A stretch of DNA of 32,000 bases from Pseudodesulfovibrio mercurii (GTDB lineage: Bacteria; Desulfobacterota; Desulfovibrionia; Desulfovibrionales; Desulfovibrionaceae). Of this stretch, positions 19,448-27,567 are shown piece after piece (position 1 is the first letter of the stretch; the number at the start of each line of letters is the position of its first letter). The notes below the pieces were generated by a model that saw only the letters and a list, made by a program, of their open reading frames with translations, was not told the DNA's origin and did not search any database. The DNA is taken from the NCBI RefSeq assembly GCF_000189295.2, contig NC_016803.1, positions 1,830,001 to 1,862,000 on the forward strand. Reading direction: 5' to 3'. The position numbers were made by a program, and so were the translations under genes.

Positions 19448-20515
19448 CTAGCGGTCGAGGAGGATGGCGAAGGCCTCGTCCAGCTCCTCGTCCAGGTCCT
19501 CGACCATCTCGTCCATCTGGTCCGGGGTGAAGTTCATGGACGCCCAGACCTCGGCGGACGGGGGCTGGACAAAGAACTCGCCGCTGGAGCCGACGCCCAG
19601 GCCGGTGGCGATGGTCTCGGCGCAGTGGACCAGGAGCGGCTCGGGCTCCTTGTGGCCCGCTTTGGGCTGATGGTGTTCGAGCACGGCAGAGACCAGGATG
19701 TAGGGGAAATTCCACTTGCGCAGGAGCATGCCGCCCAGGGTGGCGTGGTCGAACCCGAGCAGGACCTTTTCCTCGGCGAACAGGACCACGTCCTTGGCCC
19801 GGGCATGGGCGTGCACGGCCGTGGCCCGTTCCGGCTCCACCTGGAGCAGGATGAGCTGGCCGATGTCGTGCAGCAGGCCGGAGACGAAGGCGCGTTCCGG
19901 GTCGCCCTTGCCGGTCATGCGGCACAGGCGGCGGGCGATCAGCCCGCAGCAGATGGAGTGCTTCCAGAACTGCTCCATGTCGATGACGTCGGCGGGCACG
20001 TCCTTGAACAGGGACATGACCGAGGTGCCCACGGCCAGGGTGGACAACTGGTTCACGCCGACCACGGTCACGGCCCGCGAGATGGTGTCGATCTGCATGG
20101 GCAGGGAGTAGAAGGCGGAGTTGACCATGCGCAGCAGGAAGGCGGTCAGGCCGGGGTCCTGGCCGATGATCTCGGCAAGGTCGTCGGCCGAGGTGGACCG
20201 GGAGCCGATGGCCTGTTGCAGTTCAAGGAAGACCTGCGGCAGGGCCGGGAGCTGGTGGTCGTGACGCAGGATGTCCAGCGGGTCCAGGGGCCGGACCTCG
20301 GGCAGGGGCGACTCGGCCTCGAGCACTTCGTACCGGTGCGGGTTCGCGGCCATGTCGCGGGCCACGCGCCTGACTCCGAGACGGGCCAGCCGTTTCAGGG
20401 AGTCGTCCGGTTTCTTGATGAACTTGAACCGCTTGGTCAGCAGTCTCTTCGCCGCTTCGAGGGCTTCGGGCGCAATCGCGGTCTCGGCCTTCACCCGGGA
20501 GCTTTCTTCTGCCAT
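19448..20515 (-). CDS. HDOD domain-containing signalling protein
   Basis: 355-aa ORF with GAGGA upstream. HDOD-like core ([37 protein letters not shown]). Confidence 0.8.
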   Translation of the reverse strand: MAEESSRVKAETAIAPEALEAAKRLLTKRFKFIKKPDDSLKRLARLGVRRVARDMAANPHRYEVLEAESPLPEVRPLDPLDILRHDHQLPALPQVFLELQQAIGSRSTSADDLAEIIGQDPGLTAFLLRMVNSAFYSLPMQIDTISRAVTVVGVNQLSTLAVGTSVMSLFKDVPADVIDMEQFWKHSICCGLIARRLCRMTGKGDPERAFVSGLLHDIGQLILLQVEPERATAVHAHARAKDVVLFAEEKVLLGFDHATLGGMLLRKWNFPYILVSAVLEHHQPKAGHKEPEPLLVHCAETIATGLGVGSSGEFFVQPPSAEVWASMNFTPDQMDEMVEDLDEELDEAFAILLDR

Positions 20516-20609
20516 CAGTAGATCCTCAGTGGTTATGGAAGCCAGCCGTCAGCAACATAATAGAAAGCACGTAGAATATGAAGCGTTTTTTGCCCCGGAG
20601 GCACACGAT

Positions 20610-21854
20610 CTAGAGCAGCTGGAAGTTGTATTGCAGCCGCAGCCGGACCTGGTAGCCGTCCCTGCCGCCCATGCTCTCGTCCGCGTCCTGGTAGGAGAAG
20701 CGGCTGAGCAGCGACATTCCCTTGAGGTCGCCGTCGAAGTCGTAATAGATGTCCAGGTCGTACTCGCTGCGATCATAGGTGGCATTGAAGCCCGTGTCCG
20801 GGGTGTCGCCGAAACCGGCCTTGATGTCCGCCCGGTAGCCGTCCCAGCCGATGCGCGAGAAGTCGTAGGCAACGCCGAGCAGGAGCGATTTCTCCCCGGC
20901 CCGGTTGAAGGAGTAGTTCATGAGGTTGTTGAAGAAGGGATAGACGCCCCAGGAGTTGCGGATGCCCACCGAGTCGTCCACGATGGACGCGCCCAGGTCG
21001 AAGGTGAACCCGCTGTACTTGACGGTGCCCATGAGGCCCAGCTCGCCCGTGTTGTAGCTGCCCGCCAGCTGTTCGCCCACGCTGTTCTGGCTCACGCCCT
21101 GTACGAGCACCGCGTACTCGACGCCCTCGGGATCGCCGAAGGTGTACTTGAACTGGGTGAAGAAGGTGTTGTCCAAGTCCGGGGCGTAGTAGTTCCAAAA
21201 CCGCGTCGGCAGGTTGGCCAAGGGTTTCCAGTCGGCCCCGGTCATGAACACGCCCCGGTTGACGTCCGTGAGTCCGGCCACATTGCTCATGGACTTGAAC
21301 GTATCGCTGTCGCGTTTCTTTTCCTTGTCCACCCAGAACACGGACAGCTCCAGGTTGTCGATGTCGCCGGACTTCAGGCCGTAGGCCTCGAAGCTCTGGG
21401 GCAGCATGCGGCTGTCGTTGCTGTTGATGAACGGGGTCTCGATGCGCTGCCGCCAGATGCGCGCCTCGGTCTTCTCATAGCGCGCCTTGACGTAGGCCTC
21501 GCCCACGACCGCAAAGCCCTCGTTGTCCGAGGTGAGCAGGCCGGTGCCGCCCTGGTCCGGCTGGTTCAGCTCGCCGGTCAGGGGGGCCGTGCCGTACAGG
21601 GCCACGCCCAGGCCGAGGTGGTCCTCAAGCCACGGGGTCTCGTACTTGAGCCAGCCGCCCAGGGCCAGGGACTCCTTGATGACGTCGAACTCCTGGCCCG
21701 TGCCCTTGTTGCGCTGGGTGAAATAGTAGAGCCGCGCCTGGCCCGTGACCGTGCCGTACGGGGAGACGGTCTTCTCCTCGGCGGCGAGGGCGGGCTGGGC
21801 GAGGACCAGGGACAGGAGGCAGGCCAGGACAAGGTGCGAACATTTCACGGACAC
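20610..21854 (-). CDS. Outer-membrane beta-barrel porin (OprD-like)
   Basis: Likely GTG start at 21854 (AAGGAA 7 nt upstream), giving signal peptide SVKCSHLVLACLLSLVLAQPALA. Alternating-hydrophobic beta-strand pattern. OprD-like segments RLYYFTQRN and RMLPQSFEAYGL. Family assignment is from memory only. Confidence 0.65.
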   Translation of the reverse strand: MSVKCSHLVLACLLSLVLAQPALAAEEKTVSPYGTVTGQARLYYFTQRNKGTGQEFDVIKESLALGGWLKYETPWLEDHLGLGVALYGTAPLTGELNQPDQGGTGLLTSDNEGFAVVGEAYVKARYEKTEARIWRQRIETPFINSNDSRMLPQSFEAYGLKSGDIDNLELSVFWVDKEKKRDSDTFKSMSNVAGLTDVNRGVFMTGADWKPLANLPTRFWNYYAPDLDNTFFTQFKYTFGDPEGVEYAVLVQGVSQNSVGEQLAGSYNTGELGLMGTVKYSGFTFDLGASIVDDSVGIRNSWGVYPFFNNLMNYSFNRAGEKSLLLGVAYDFSRIGWDGYRADIKAGFGDTPDTGFNATYDRSEYDLDIYYDFDGDLKGMSLLSRFSYQDADESMGGRDGYQVRLRLQYNFQLL

Positions 21855-22044
21855 GGCGACATTCCTTGGTTGAAGCGTTGAAACCGGGACGGACGCCCCT
21901 GGCGGGGCGAAAGCCTGTCCTCTTGTATGCCCCCGATTGCCCAAAGGATCAAGCCGGGAAAACATGATTGCCGATACTCACCGGTCTTCGCGCGGCAACC
22001 GCCGCGCCGCGCAGGGGCCTGCCGCACCCTTTTTCCGGAGTCCG

Positions 22045-22671
22045 TCAAAAGATGAAATGCGGGTTGTTCGCCTTTTCATGGCGCACGGTGGTCATGGGCC
22101 CGTGCCCGGAGTAGACGCGGGTGTCGTCGGGCAGGGTGAAGATGCGCGAGCGGATGGAGGAAAGCAGGGCCGAGGAGTCGCCGCGCGGCAGGTCGGTGCG
22201 GCCCACGGCGATCATGAACAGCACATCGCCCACGAACACGCACCCCGCGGCCGGAAAGAAGTAGGACAGCCCGCCCGGCGTGTGTCCCGGCGTGTCCAGG
22301 ACGAGCATGGGCTGGCCGAGCACGGTGCGCCGCCCCGGCTCCAGGGCGGCGTAGGGGAAATCGATGTAGGGCGCGAACTCCCGGTTGCCGCCCGCCTCGA
22401 AGGAGAGGTCCCGCAGGAACTCGTCCTCCGCGCTGGCGAAGACCTGGGTCGGATGGGCCTCAAGGAGTTCCTTGACCCCGCCGATATGATCCAGGTGGAA
22501 GTGGGTCAGGTACACGCCCTCCAGGGCCAGGCCCAGGGCCTTGATGCGCTCGATCAACCGGCCCGGCTCCAGGCCGACGTCCACGACCACGGCGCGGCCG
22601 CCCATGGAGACCAGGTAGCAGTTGGTCTCGTCCGGTCCGAGGATGAAGGTCTCTATGGTCAGTCTGGCCAT
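22045..22671 (-). CDS. MBL-fold metallo-hydrolase (glyoxalase II-like)
   Basis: 208 aa with metal motif THFHLDHIGG, TPGHTPG and a later GD..F/H pattern. Confidence 0.88.
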   Translation of the reverse strand: MARLTIETFILGPDETNCYLVSMGGRAVVVDVGLEPGRLIERIKALGLALEGVYLTHFHLDHIGGVKELLEAHPTQVFASAEDEFLRDLSFEAGGNREFAPYIDFPYAALEPGRRTVLGQPMLVLDTPGHTPGGLSYFFPAAGCVFVGDVLFMIAVGRTDLPRGDSSALLSSIRSRIFTLPDDTRVYSGHGPMTTVRHEKANNPHFIF

Positions 22672-22736
22672 GGCTTGCCCTGTTCCGCCTGTCCGCGTAT
22701 GCAGAAGATGACGTTAACGATTTCGCAAGGATAAGC

Positions 22737-23918
22737 ATGCTGTACTTCCTGGGCAACTGTCAAATGGATTTCCTGTCCCGCTCCGTGGCCGGGCTCGGCC
22801 CGTCCGTGGCCCACTTCGAGCTGGCCTCGCCCATGACCCACGCCAGCCACCCGGACGGGGTCCCTCCCGCCCTGGCCAGCATGGTCCGCGAGCACCGGCT
22901 CGACGACGCGTTCAACGGCCGCCAGCCGGAATACCAGTTCGGCCGGTTCGACGTGCCCGGACGGGAAAACGAGCCGCCCGCCCTGCTGGTCGTGAACCTG
23001 TTCCACGAGACGGCCCCGCTCTTCCTGCACACGGAGGACGGCTTCATCTTTCACATGAACCCGGCGGCCTGGCGCGACGATCCGGCCCTGGCCGCCCGGA
23101 TGGATGCCCGCTGCCGCGCCATCGCGCCCAACCCGGCCACCTACCTGACCCGGTTCGGCCGGTTCCTGGCCCTGCTCCGCGAGCGCTTCCCGGCCACGCC
23201 CATGCTCCTGGTCACCCGCCTGGGCCACTACCCGGCCTTCGGCCCGGCACCCTACTCCTACCTGGAGAACTGGGCGGCCCTGAGCCGCGAGGCCCCGGCC
23301 CACTACGCGGTCTGGGAGCGGGAGCTGGGCGTGCGCGTGCTCGACGCGAACCGCGTGTTCGGCGGCATCTGGCGGGAGTCGGATGACGGCATCGAGGCGC
23401 ACTGCCCGTTCCTCAAGATCGAGCTCACGGAGCGGGACGGCGCGGTGATCGGCCTGCGCGCCTCGCGCGACGTGGAGCACGTGGGCCCGCTGTGGGCCGG
23501 GCTGGCCCGCAAGGTCGTGGCCTTCGCGGAGGGAGGGGAAATCCGCTACGCGGCGAACGAGACCGTGCCGCCCGAGTGGAACCGGCCATGGCAACCCTCG
23601 GTCCTGGACGACGAGGCGGTCATCGACCGCTTCGCCAGCGAGCGCAACTACCCCTGGGCCGAGGCCGTGGGCAGCTTCTTCATGGACCTCGCGCGCGACC
23701 GCACCCCCCTGCTGGCCGCGTCCGGCGAGTTCATGCCCGTGTGCCACAACACCCTGCACATGATCCGGGCCTACGGCCGCATCTTCAAAAATCCGCTCCT
23801 GGCCACCTTCTGCGACACCCACCGCCCGGCCGCCGAGGCCTTCACCGCCAACGGCCCCCTGTACCAAGCCGACTACCTGGCCCGCCTGGACGAAATCCGG
23901 GCGCATGCCCTGAGCTGA
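22737..23918 (+). CDS. Hypothetical protein, 393 aa (N-terminal FLGNCQ motif; possibly WcbI-like, unverified)
   Basis: ATG 22737 with AAGGA upstream. GC3-rich codon pattern typical of the host genes. I recognise no family with confidence. Confidence 0.7.
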   Translation: MLYFLGNCQMDFLSRSVAGLGPSVAHFELASPMTHASHPDGVPPALASMVREHRLDDAFNGRQPEYQFGRFDVPGRENEPPALLVVNLFHETAPLFLHTEDGFIFHMNPAAWRDDPALAARMDARCRAIAPNPATYLTRFGRFLALLRERFPATPMLLVTRLGHYPAFGPAPYSYLENWAALSREAPAHYAVWERELGVRVLDANRVFGGIWRESDDGIEAHCPFLKIELTERDGAVIGLRASRDVEHVGPLWAGLARKVVAFAEGGEIRYAANETVPPEWNRPWQPSVLDDEAVIDRFASERNYPWAEAVGSFFMDLARDRTPLLAASGEFMPVCHNTLHMIRAYGRIFKNPLLATFCDTHRPAAEAFTANGPLYQADYLARLDEIRAHALS

Positions 23919-23977
23919 CCGGGATCGCCGGGTCACCGCCCTTGTCGCCAAGGAGCGGAAGGCCATGCCTAACTTAA

Positions 23978-24307
23978 TTATTTTACAGAGTATTCTTTCA
24001 GAATCCAGATGGAAGATGCGATCCAGAACAGACCCATCAGTACAAAAAGAATGCGCAATGCAACGGAATCAATAACGGGGGAGATAAACAAAGACAGCAT
24101 GAAAAGTCCGGCAAAGGCTAGGTATCCACTAGTGATAAACCGAAAAAAACGGACTTTTTTCCAAGTAAAATAGCTTGCCGTGGAGAAAACAACAACGCTT
24201 GCAGCTGAGGCTGCAAATAATACAAGGTGTTCATGGAATTGTGTTAACTTTAAAATCTGAGTAATGACATATGACAAAATGATGATAATGTATAATAGTG
24301 ATCTCAT
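23978..24307 (-). CDS. Four-TM membrane protein, candidate immunity protein for orphan toxin tail 3
   Basis: ATG 24307 with GGAG 5 nt upstream; the ORF-track TTG 24322 is less likely. Four hydrophobic helices. Strongly AT-rich. Immediately downstream of orphan tail 3. Confidence 0.65.
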   Translation of the reverse strand: MRSLLYIIIILSYVITQILKLTQFHEHLVLFAASAASVVVFSTASYFTWKKVRFFRFITSGYLAFAGLFMLSLFISPVIDSVALRILFVLMGLFWIASSIWILKEYSVK

Positions 24308-24365
24308 AGCTACTCCATACAATTTGACGTGGGGACAAATATTGTCCCCACGCTCTCAGTGCAGG

Positions 24366-24854
24366 CTATTTCCCAATCTTATTTTTAGCTTTGTTGTGGT
24401 GATAGTCTATGGTGTCTTTATCAGTACTGAACCTATAAGTACTCATGATGCCATCCCAAAGGCCAAAGCCATCTGCTTCATCATCAAGATTTTTCCTCAT
24501 TTTCCAATCATTCTCATCTGTATATTCACTCTTTCGCTCCCGTAGCCCTTGTTTGATTTTTTTCTTGGTGTAATGCCCCATTAACGGTGTTGCGATCGGG
24601 TCGGGCAGCACTTCCACTATCGTTCTCCCTTTTGAGATTTGCTCCCCATACTCGTTTGTCCACAGCCCCGCCGGATCCACCCCGTTCACCGGGTCGTCCA
24701 GACAATACCCGTACCAGTCCGGGTCGCCGCCCTTGTCCCCGATGGGGTCCGGCGCGGTCCAGCGGCCGGTCCTGACGTCATAGTCGCGCCAGCCGAAGCG
24801 GACGAAGCCCAGGTCCCGGTCGTGGAGACCTCCCGCGAAGCCGATGGGCAGGCG
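24366..24854 (-). pseudogene. Orphan Rhs fragment 3: core end (RLPIGFAGG...DPAGL) fused to a 98-aa unique C-terminal tail; no start codon before the conserved segment
   Basis: The frame is open from 24890, but the first ATG/GTG/TTG is GTG 24689, inside PVNGVDPAGL. Segment 24663-24854 differs from the main rhs segment 26665-26856 at 8 of 192 positions (hand count). Confidence 0.7.
24663..24854 (-). repeat. Rhs core-end repeat R3
   Basis: Third copy of the GC-rich segment encoding GFAGGLHDRDLGFVRFGWRDYDVRTGRWTAPDPIGDKGGDPDWYGYCLDDPVNGVDPAGL. Confidence 0.9.
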
Positions 24855-24890
24855 ATTTAACCGCCCTGCCGGATTGACAGGGCGGTTGTA

Positions 24891-25118
24891 TTATTTGTTA
24901 TTTCCCCGATTGCGGGATGGAGAACGGAGAATCCAAGCCAGGATGGGAATCCCAACGCCAATGACGATGAGTGAGCCGCCAAACAGTCGAGGATACAGGA
25001 CAGGGACATCCCAACGATACATTTCCCCTTTGGACACACCGGCCACTCCGATAAAGACAAAGAGGGTTGCCATGGTTATTTCCCACAACTTGATTCGCTT
25101 CACCGTCTCTTCCTCCAT
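24891..25118 (-). CDS. Two-TM small membrane protein, candidate immunity protein for orphan toxin tail 2
   Basis: 75-aa ORF overlapping the end of orphan tail 2 by 19 nt. Helices ATLFVFIGVAGV and GGSLIVIGVGIPILAWIL. The internal ATG (MATLF) is an alternative start. Confidence 0.55.
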   Translation of the reverse strand: MEEETVKRIKLWEITMATLFVFIGVAGVSKGEMYRWDVPVLYPRLFGGSLIVIGVGIPILAWILRSPSRNRGNNK

Positions 25119-25687
25119 ACATCCACAATTTCCTCTACTCCTTTCCTAACACCACTTCCCGCCACTCCTGCAGGTGTTTGCGGAGGAGGACCCGGATCAA
25201 AAAAACCGGATACGAAATCTGCACCGGCCGCGAGCTTATCCGGATGCTGCATGGCCGCCCCTAAAACAGCGGGGGCCCCTTCGACCGCTCCCGCCACCAC
25301 GATGGGGAGAGCCCCCGCACCTAAGGCGATCGCCGTATATTTTTGCAAATCCTTGTTGGTGGCAAAGGCGTCCGCCGTTTTGCTCAATGCCTTGCCAGCC
25401 CCCTTCACGCCCTTGGTAACGGCCTCACCGATACCGGCCGGGGCCTTGTCCCACAGCTTGCCGAAGCCCGCTTCGATTTTCTTCACGCCATCCCAAAATC
25501 CGCCTTCCAACCCCGCCGGATCAACCCCGTTCACCGGGTCGTCCAGACAATACCCGTACCAGTCCGGGTCGCCGCCCTTGTCCCCGATGGGGTCCGGCGC
25601 GGACCATTTGCCGGTCCTGACGTCGTAATCCCGCCAGCCGAAGCGGACGAAGCCCAGGTCCCGGTCGTGCAGGCCGCCCGCGAAGCC
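25100..25687 (-). pseudogene. Orphan Rhs fragment 2: core end (GFAGG...DPAGL) fused to a 135-aa unique Ala/Gly-rich C-terminal tail; no start codon before the conserved segment
   Basis: The frame is open from 25870, but the first possible start is GTG 25534, inside PVNGVDPAGL. Segment 25508-25687 differs from 26665-26844 at 11 of 180 positions (hand count). Confidence 0.7.
25508..25687 (-). repeat. Rhs core-end repeat R2
   Basis: Second copy of the core-end segment. It shares three variant positions with R3 relative to R1. Confidence 0.9.
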
Positions 25688-25707
25688 CTTGCTGACGGCC
25701 TGGATAG

Positions 25708-26145
25708 CTATTCCAAGTGTACCTCCGAAGAAAAAAGCATCGATCTTTTTTGGATGCCACGCATATTCAGTTCCTTGACCAAGTTGTTTTCTTTTGTGCT
25801 CAGCAGATAGTAAAAATTCAAAAATCCGGGGAGTACAATAATTACATTTTTTATCGTCATGTCCGTGTAGCTAGCCTGCCATATCCTGGCGTAGCGTATC
25901 TCATTGAATAATATTCTTCCTTTCCCGAACAATGAATTGTATTCAATGCAATCGTGGCGAAAGCTTTCTGGAAGGACTATACGGGCAAAAAAACGGAGTA
26001 TAAAGATGCCAATAGGGATGAAAAGGATTGCAAGAGGAGTCGTCGGCAATATAAATACCCCAAAGAAAAGGCAACTCGTCCCGAAAGCGAAAAGAAATAT
26101 CCTAAAAAACCAAATTGAAAACAGAACGCGGGCTTTTTCTTGCAT
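25708..26145 (-). CDS. Membrane protein (two N-terminal TM helices plus ~80-aa soluble domain), candidate immunity protein for the Rhs C-terminal toxin 1
   Basis: ATG 26145 preceded by GGAGGAAAA. AT-rich. Helices VLFSIWFFRIFLFAFGTSCLFFGVFIL and LAILFIPIGIFILRFFARIV. Lies 48 nt downstream of the rhs stop. Confidence 0.7.
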   Translation of the reverse strand: MQEKARVLFSIWFFRIFLFAFGTSCLFFGVFILPTTPLAILFIPIGIFILRFFARIVLPESFRHDCIEYNSLFGKGRILFNEIRYARIWQASYTDMTIKNVIIVLPGFLNFYYLLSTKENNLVKELNMRGIQKRSMLFSSEVHLE

Positions 26146-26193
26146 TTTTCCTCCAAAGGCCGGGAGTATATTTCTCCCGGCCTTCTTTACTCT

Positions 26194-27567
26194 TTAGCGA
26201 ATACCTCGTTTAGTCCCAAAGCGTTCGTCCATTCTTTTCCGGATTTGGCCGTCATACCAATCGCCAAATTTTGAAAACGGATTCTCGATGACGATGCTTT
26301 TCTCTTGTTTCACATGCGTCTCCATCGGAGGCGACCAGCCCGCACTTACCCCGAGGCTGGCAGATTTTCCGGTATAGCCATCTCCCTTGACCGCTTCCCC
26401 GCCCACTTCAGGCTTTAATCCCAAAATGGGAACAACGACTTTCCCACCTGCTTTGTTCGACGTTCCTTCCAACTGGCCTATGTCGGAAGCATTCGTTTTC
26501 TGATGAAAGGCTTCTCCTGACAGATTCCACCCGGATGATGCCCCATAGTCCATGAAAAGCTCGACACCGGAAGCTCCCTTTTCGTCAGTTACATAGGCTG
26601 CTCCCCCTCCTATGCTTCCGCCAAATCCGTCCAGAGATGCGGATATGCCGCTTCCCTTGGTTTCCAACCCCGCCGGATCAACCCCGTTCACCGGGTCGTC
26701 CAAACAATACCCGTACCAGTCCGGGTCGCCGCCCTTGTCCCCGATGGGGTCGGGCGCGGTCCAGCGGCCGGTCCGGACGTCATAGTCGCGCCAGCCGAAG
26801 CGGACGAAGCCCAGGTCCCGGTCGTGGAGGCCGCCCGCGAAGCCGAGGGGCAGGCGCAGGCTCGGGTTGGTGTCCTCGATGATCCCGCCAAAGGGATCGT
26901 ACAGGACCTCCTTTATCACGTTTCCGTCCACGTCGGCAACCACGCGCAGGGAGCCGACCTGGTCATAGAACAGCCCGGCCACGGTCCCGTCGTCGCGGCG
27001 CATGGCGTAGGGCGTGCGCTCGCCCTCGCGGTAGGCGAACTCGTAACCGTGCCGCCCGTCGTGGAACGCGGCCAGGCGCACGAAATCGAGCCAATGGTAG
27101 ACCTCGACCATCTGCCCATTCAGGTACTTGGCCGCGCGCCGCCCGTCACCGTCGTGGGCAAAGGTCAAGGCCTTGCCCCGGCCTTCCTCCTCGGCCTTGA
27201 GCAGCCGGTAGTCCGGGCTGTACTCGTACAGGGTGTACACGCCCCTGTCCGACCAGATGGACCGGAAGCCGCGCTCGTCGTGGGAATACTGCCCGGACCC
27301 GGCTCGCATCAGCCGGTTGTCCTGAGTATACTGGTAATCCCGATAATTCGGCCCGGTCGTGGCGGGCAGATAGTCCCGCACCCGGCGGCCCTCCCGGTCG
27401 TACCAGCACTGGCAGATGACCCGCCCGTCCAGTTTGGCCTCGATCAGCCGTCCGTCCCCGTCATAGGCGTAGGCCCAGACGGACTTCCGCCCCCTGACGG
27501 TCTCGATTTTCTCCACAATGTGCCCGTCCGGGTCGCGCCTCAATTCCAGGGTATACGGTATGCTCAT
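26194..27567 (-). CDS. Short RHS-repeat (YD-repeat) protein with RHS core end and ~156-aa C-terminal toxin-like tail
   Basis: ATG 27567 with GGAGG upstream. YD repeats: YAYDGDGRL, WYDREGRRV, FAHDGDGRR, LYDPFGG. Core end: LGFAGGLHDRDLGFVRFGWRDYDVRTGRWTAPDPIGDKGGDPDWYGYCLDDPVNGVDPAGL. This is followed by an unrelated Gly-rich tail. Confidence 0.85.
   Translation of the reverse strand: MSIPYTLELRRDPDGHIVEKIETVRGRKSVWAYAYDGDGRLIEAKLDGRVICQCWYDREGRRVRDYLPATTGPNYRDYQYTQDNRLMRAGSGQYSHDERGFRSIWSDRGVYTLYEYSPDYRLLKAEEEGRGKALTFAHDGDGRRAAKYLNGQMVEVYHWLDFVRLAAFHDGRHGYEFAYREGERTPYAMRRDDGTVAGLFYDQVGSLRVVADVDGNVIKEVLYDPFGGIIEDTNPSLRLPLGFAGGLHDRDLGFVRFGWRDYDVRTGRWTAPDPIGDKGGDPDWYGYCLDDPVNGVDPAGLETKGSGISASLDGFGGSIGGGAAYVTDEKGASGVELFMDYGASSGWNLSGEAFHQKTNASDIGQLEGTSNKAGGKVVVPILGLKPEVGGEAVKGDGYTGKSASLGVSAGWSPPMETHVKQEKSIVIENPFSKFGDWYDGQIRKRMDERFGTKRGIR
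26665..26856 (-). repeat. Rhs core-end repeat R1 (inside the intact rhs gene)
   Basis: Reference copy for R2 and R3. Confidence 0.9.

Noticed and set aside
20592-20604. GCCCCGGAGGCAC just downstream of the porin stop (complement GTGCCTCCGGGGC), resembling a solo left arm of the repeat family.
   Set aside because: Short match without the hairpin or right-arm modules; noted only as a possible degenerate fragment.
21929-21943. Sigma-54-like motif upstream of the porin gene (minus strand TGGGCAATCGGGGGCAT, GG-N10-GC spacing correct).
   Set aside because: The -24 half deviates (TGGGCA vs TGGCAC) and the -12 half lacks the TT (GGGCAT). In GC-rich DNA such a partial match is expected by chance.
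23951-23970. GGAAGGCCATGCCT at the left island boundary, considered as a possible remnant of the repeat-family left arm (GGAATGCCTCC). This would place repeat elements on both sides of the Rhs island.
   Set aside because: Only ~6 contiguous matching bases; not distinguishable from chance.
24264-24545. 93-aa plus-strand ORF antisense to orphan tail 3 and immunity 3, and 97-aa ORF 25904-26197 antisense to immunity 1.
   Set aside because: No RBS. Their hydrophobic, low-complexity translations are typical of the reverse strand of AT-rich membrane-protein genes. The minus-strand ORFs have RBSs and fit the cassette logic.
24663-26856. Three ~180-190-bp repeats with unique spacers, considered as a possible CRISPR-like array.
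   Set aside because: The repeats are far too long, are protein-coding (Rhs core end, in frame with downstream tails), and the spacers are 0.5-1 kb gene cassettes.
24639-26891. Alternative-frame ORFs across the core-end repeats (24639-24860, 24587-24775, 25343-25810, 25521-25760, 26637-26882, 26688-26891).
   Set aside because: They are repeated only because the underlying DNA is repeated. The frame encoding GFAGGLHDRDLGF...DPAGL is the only one with family motifs.
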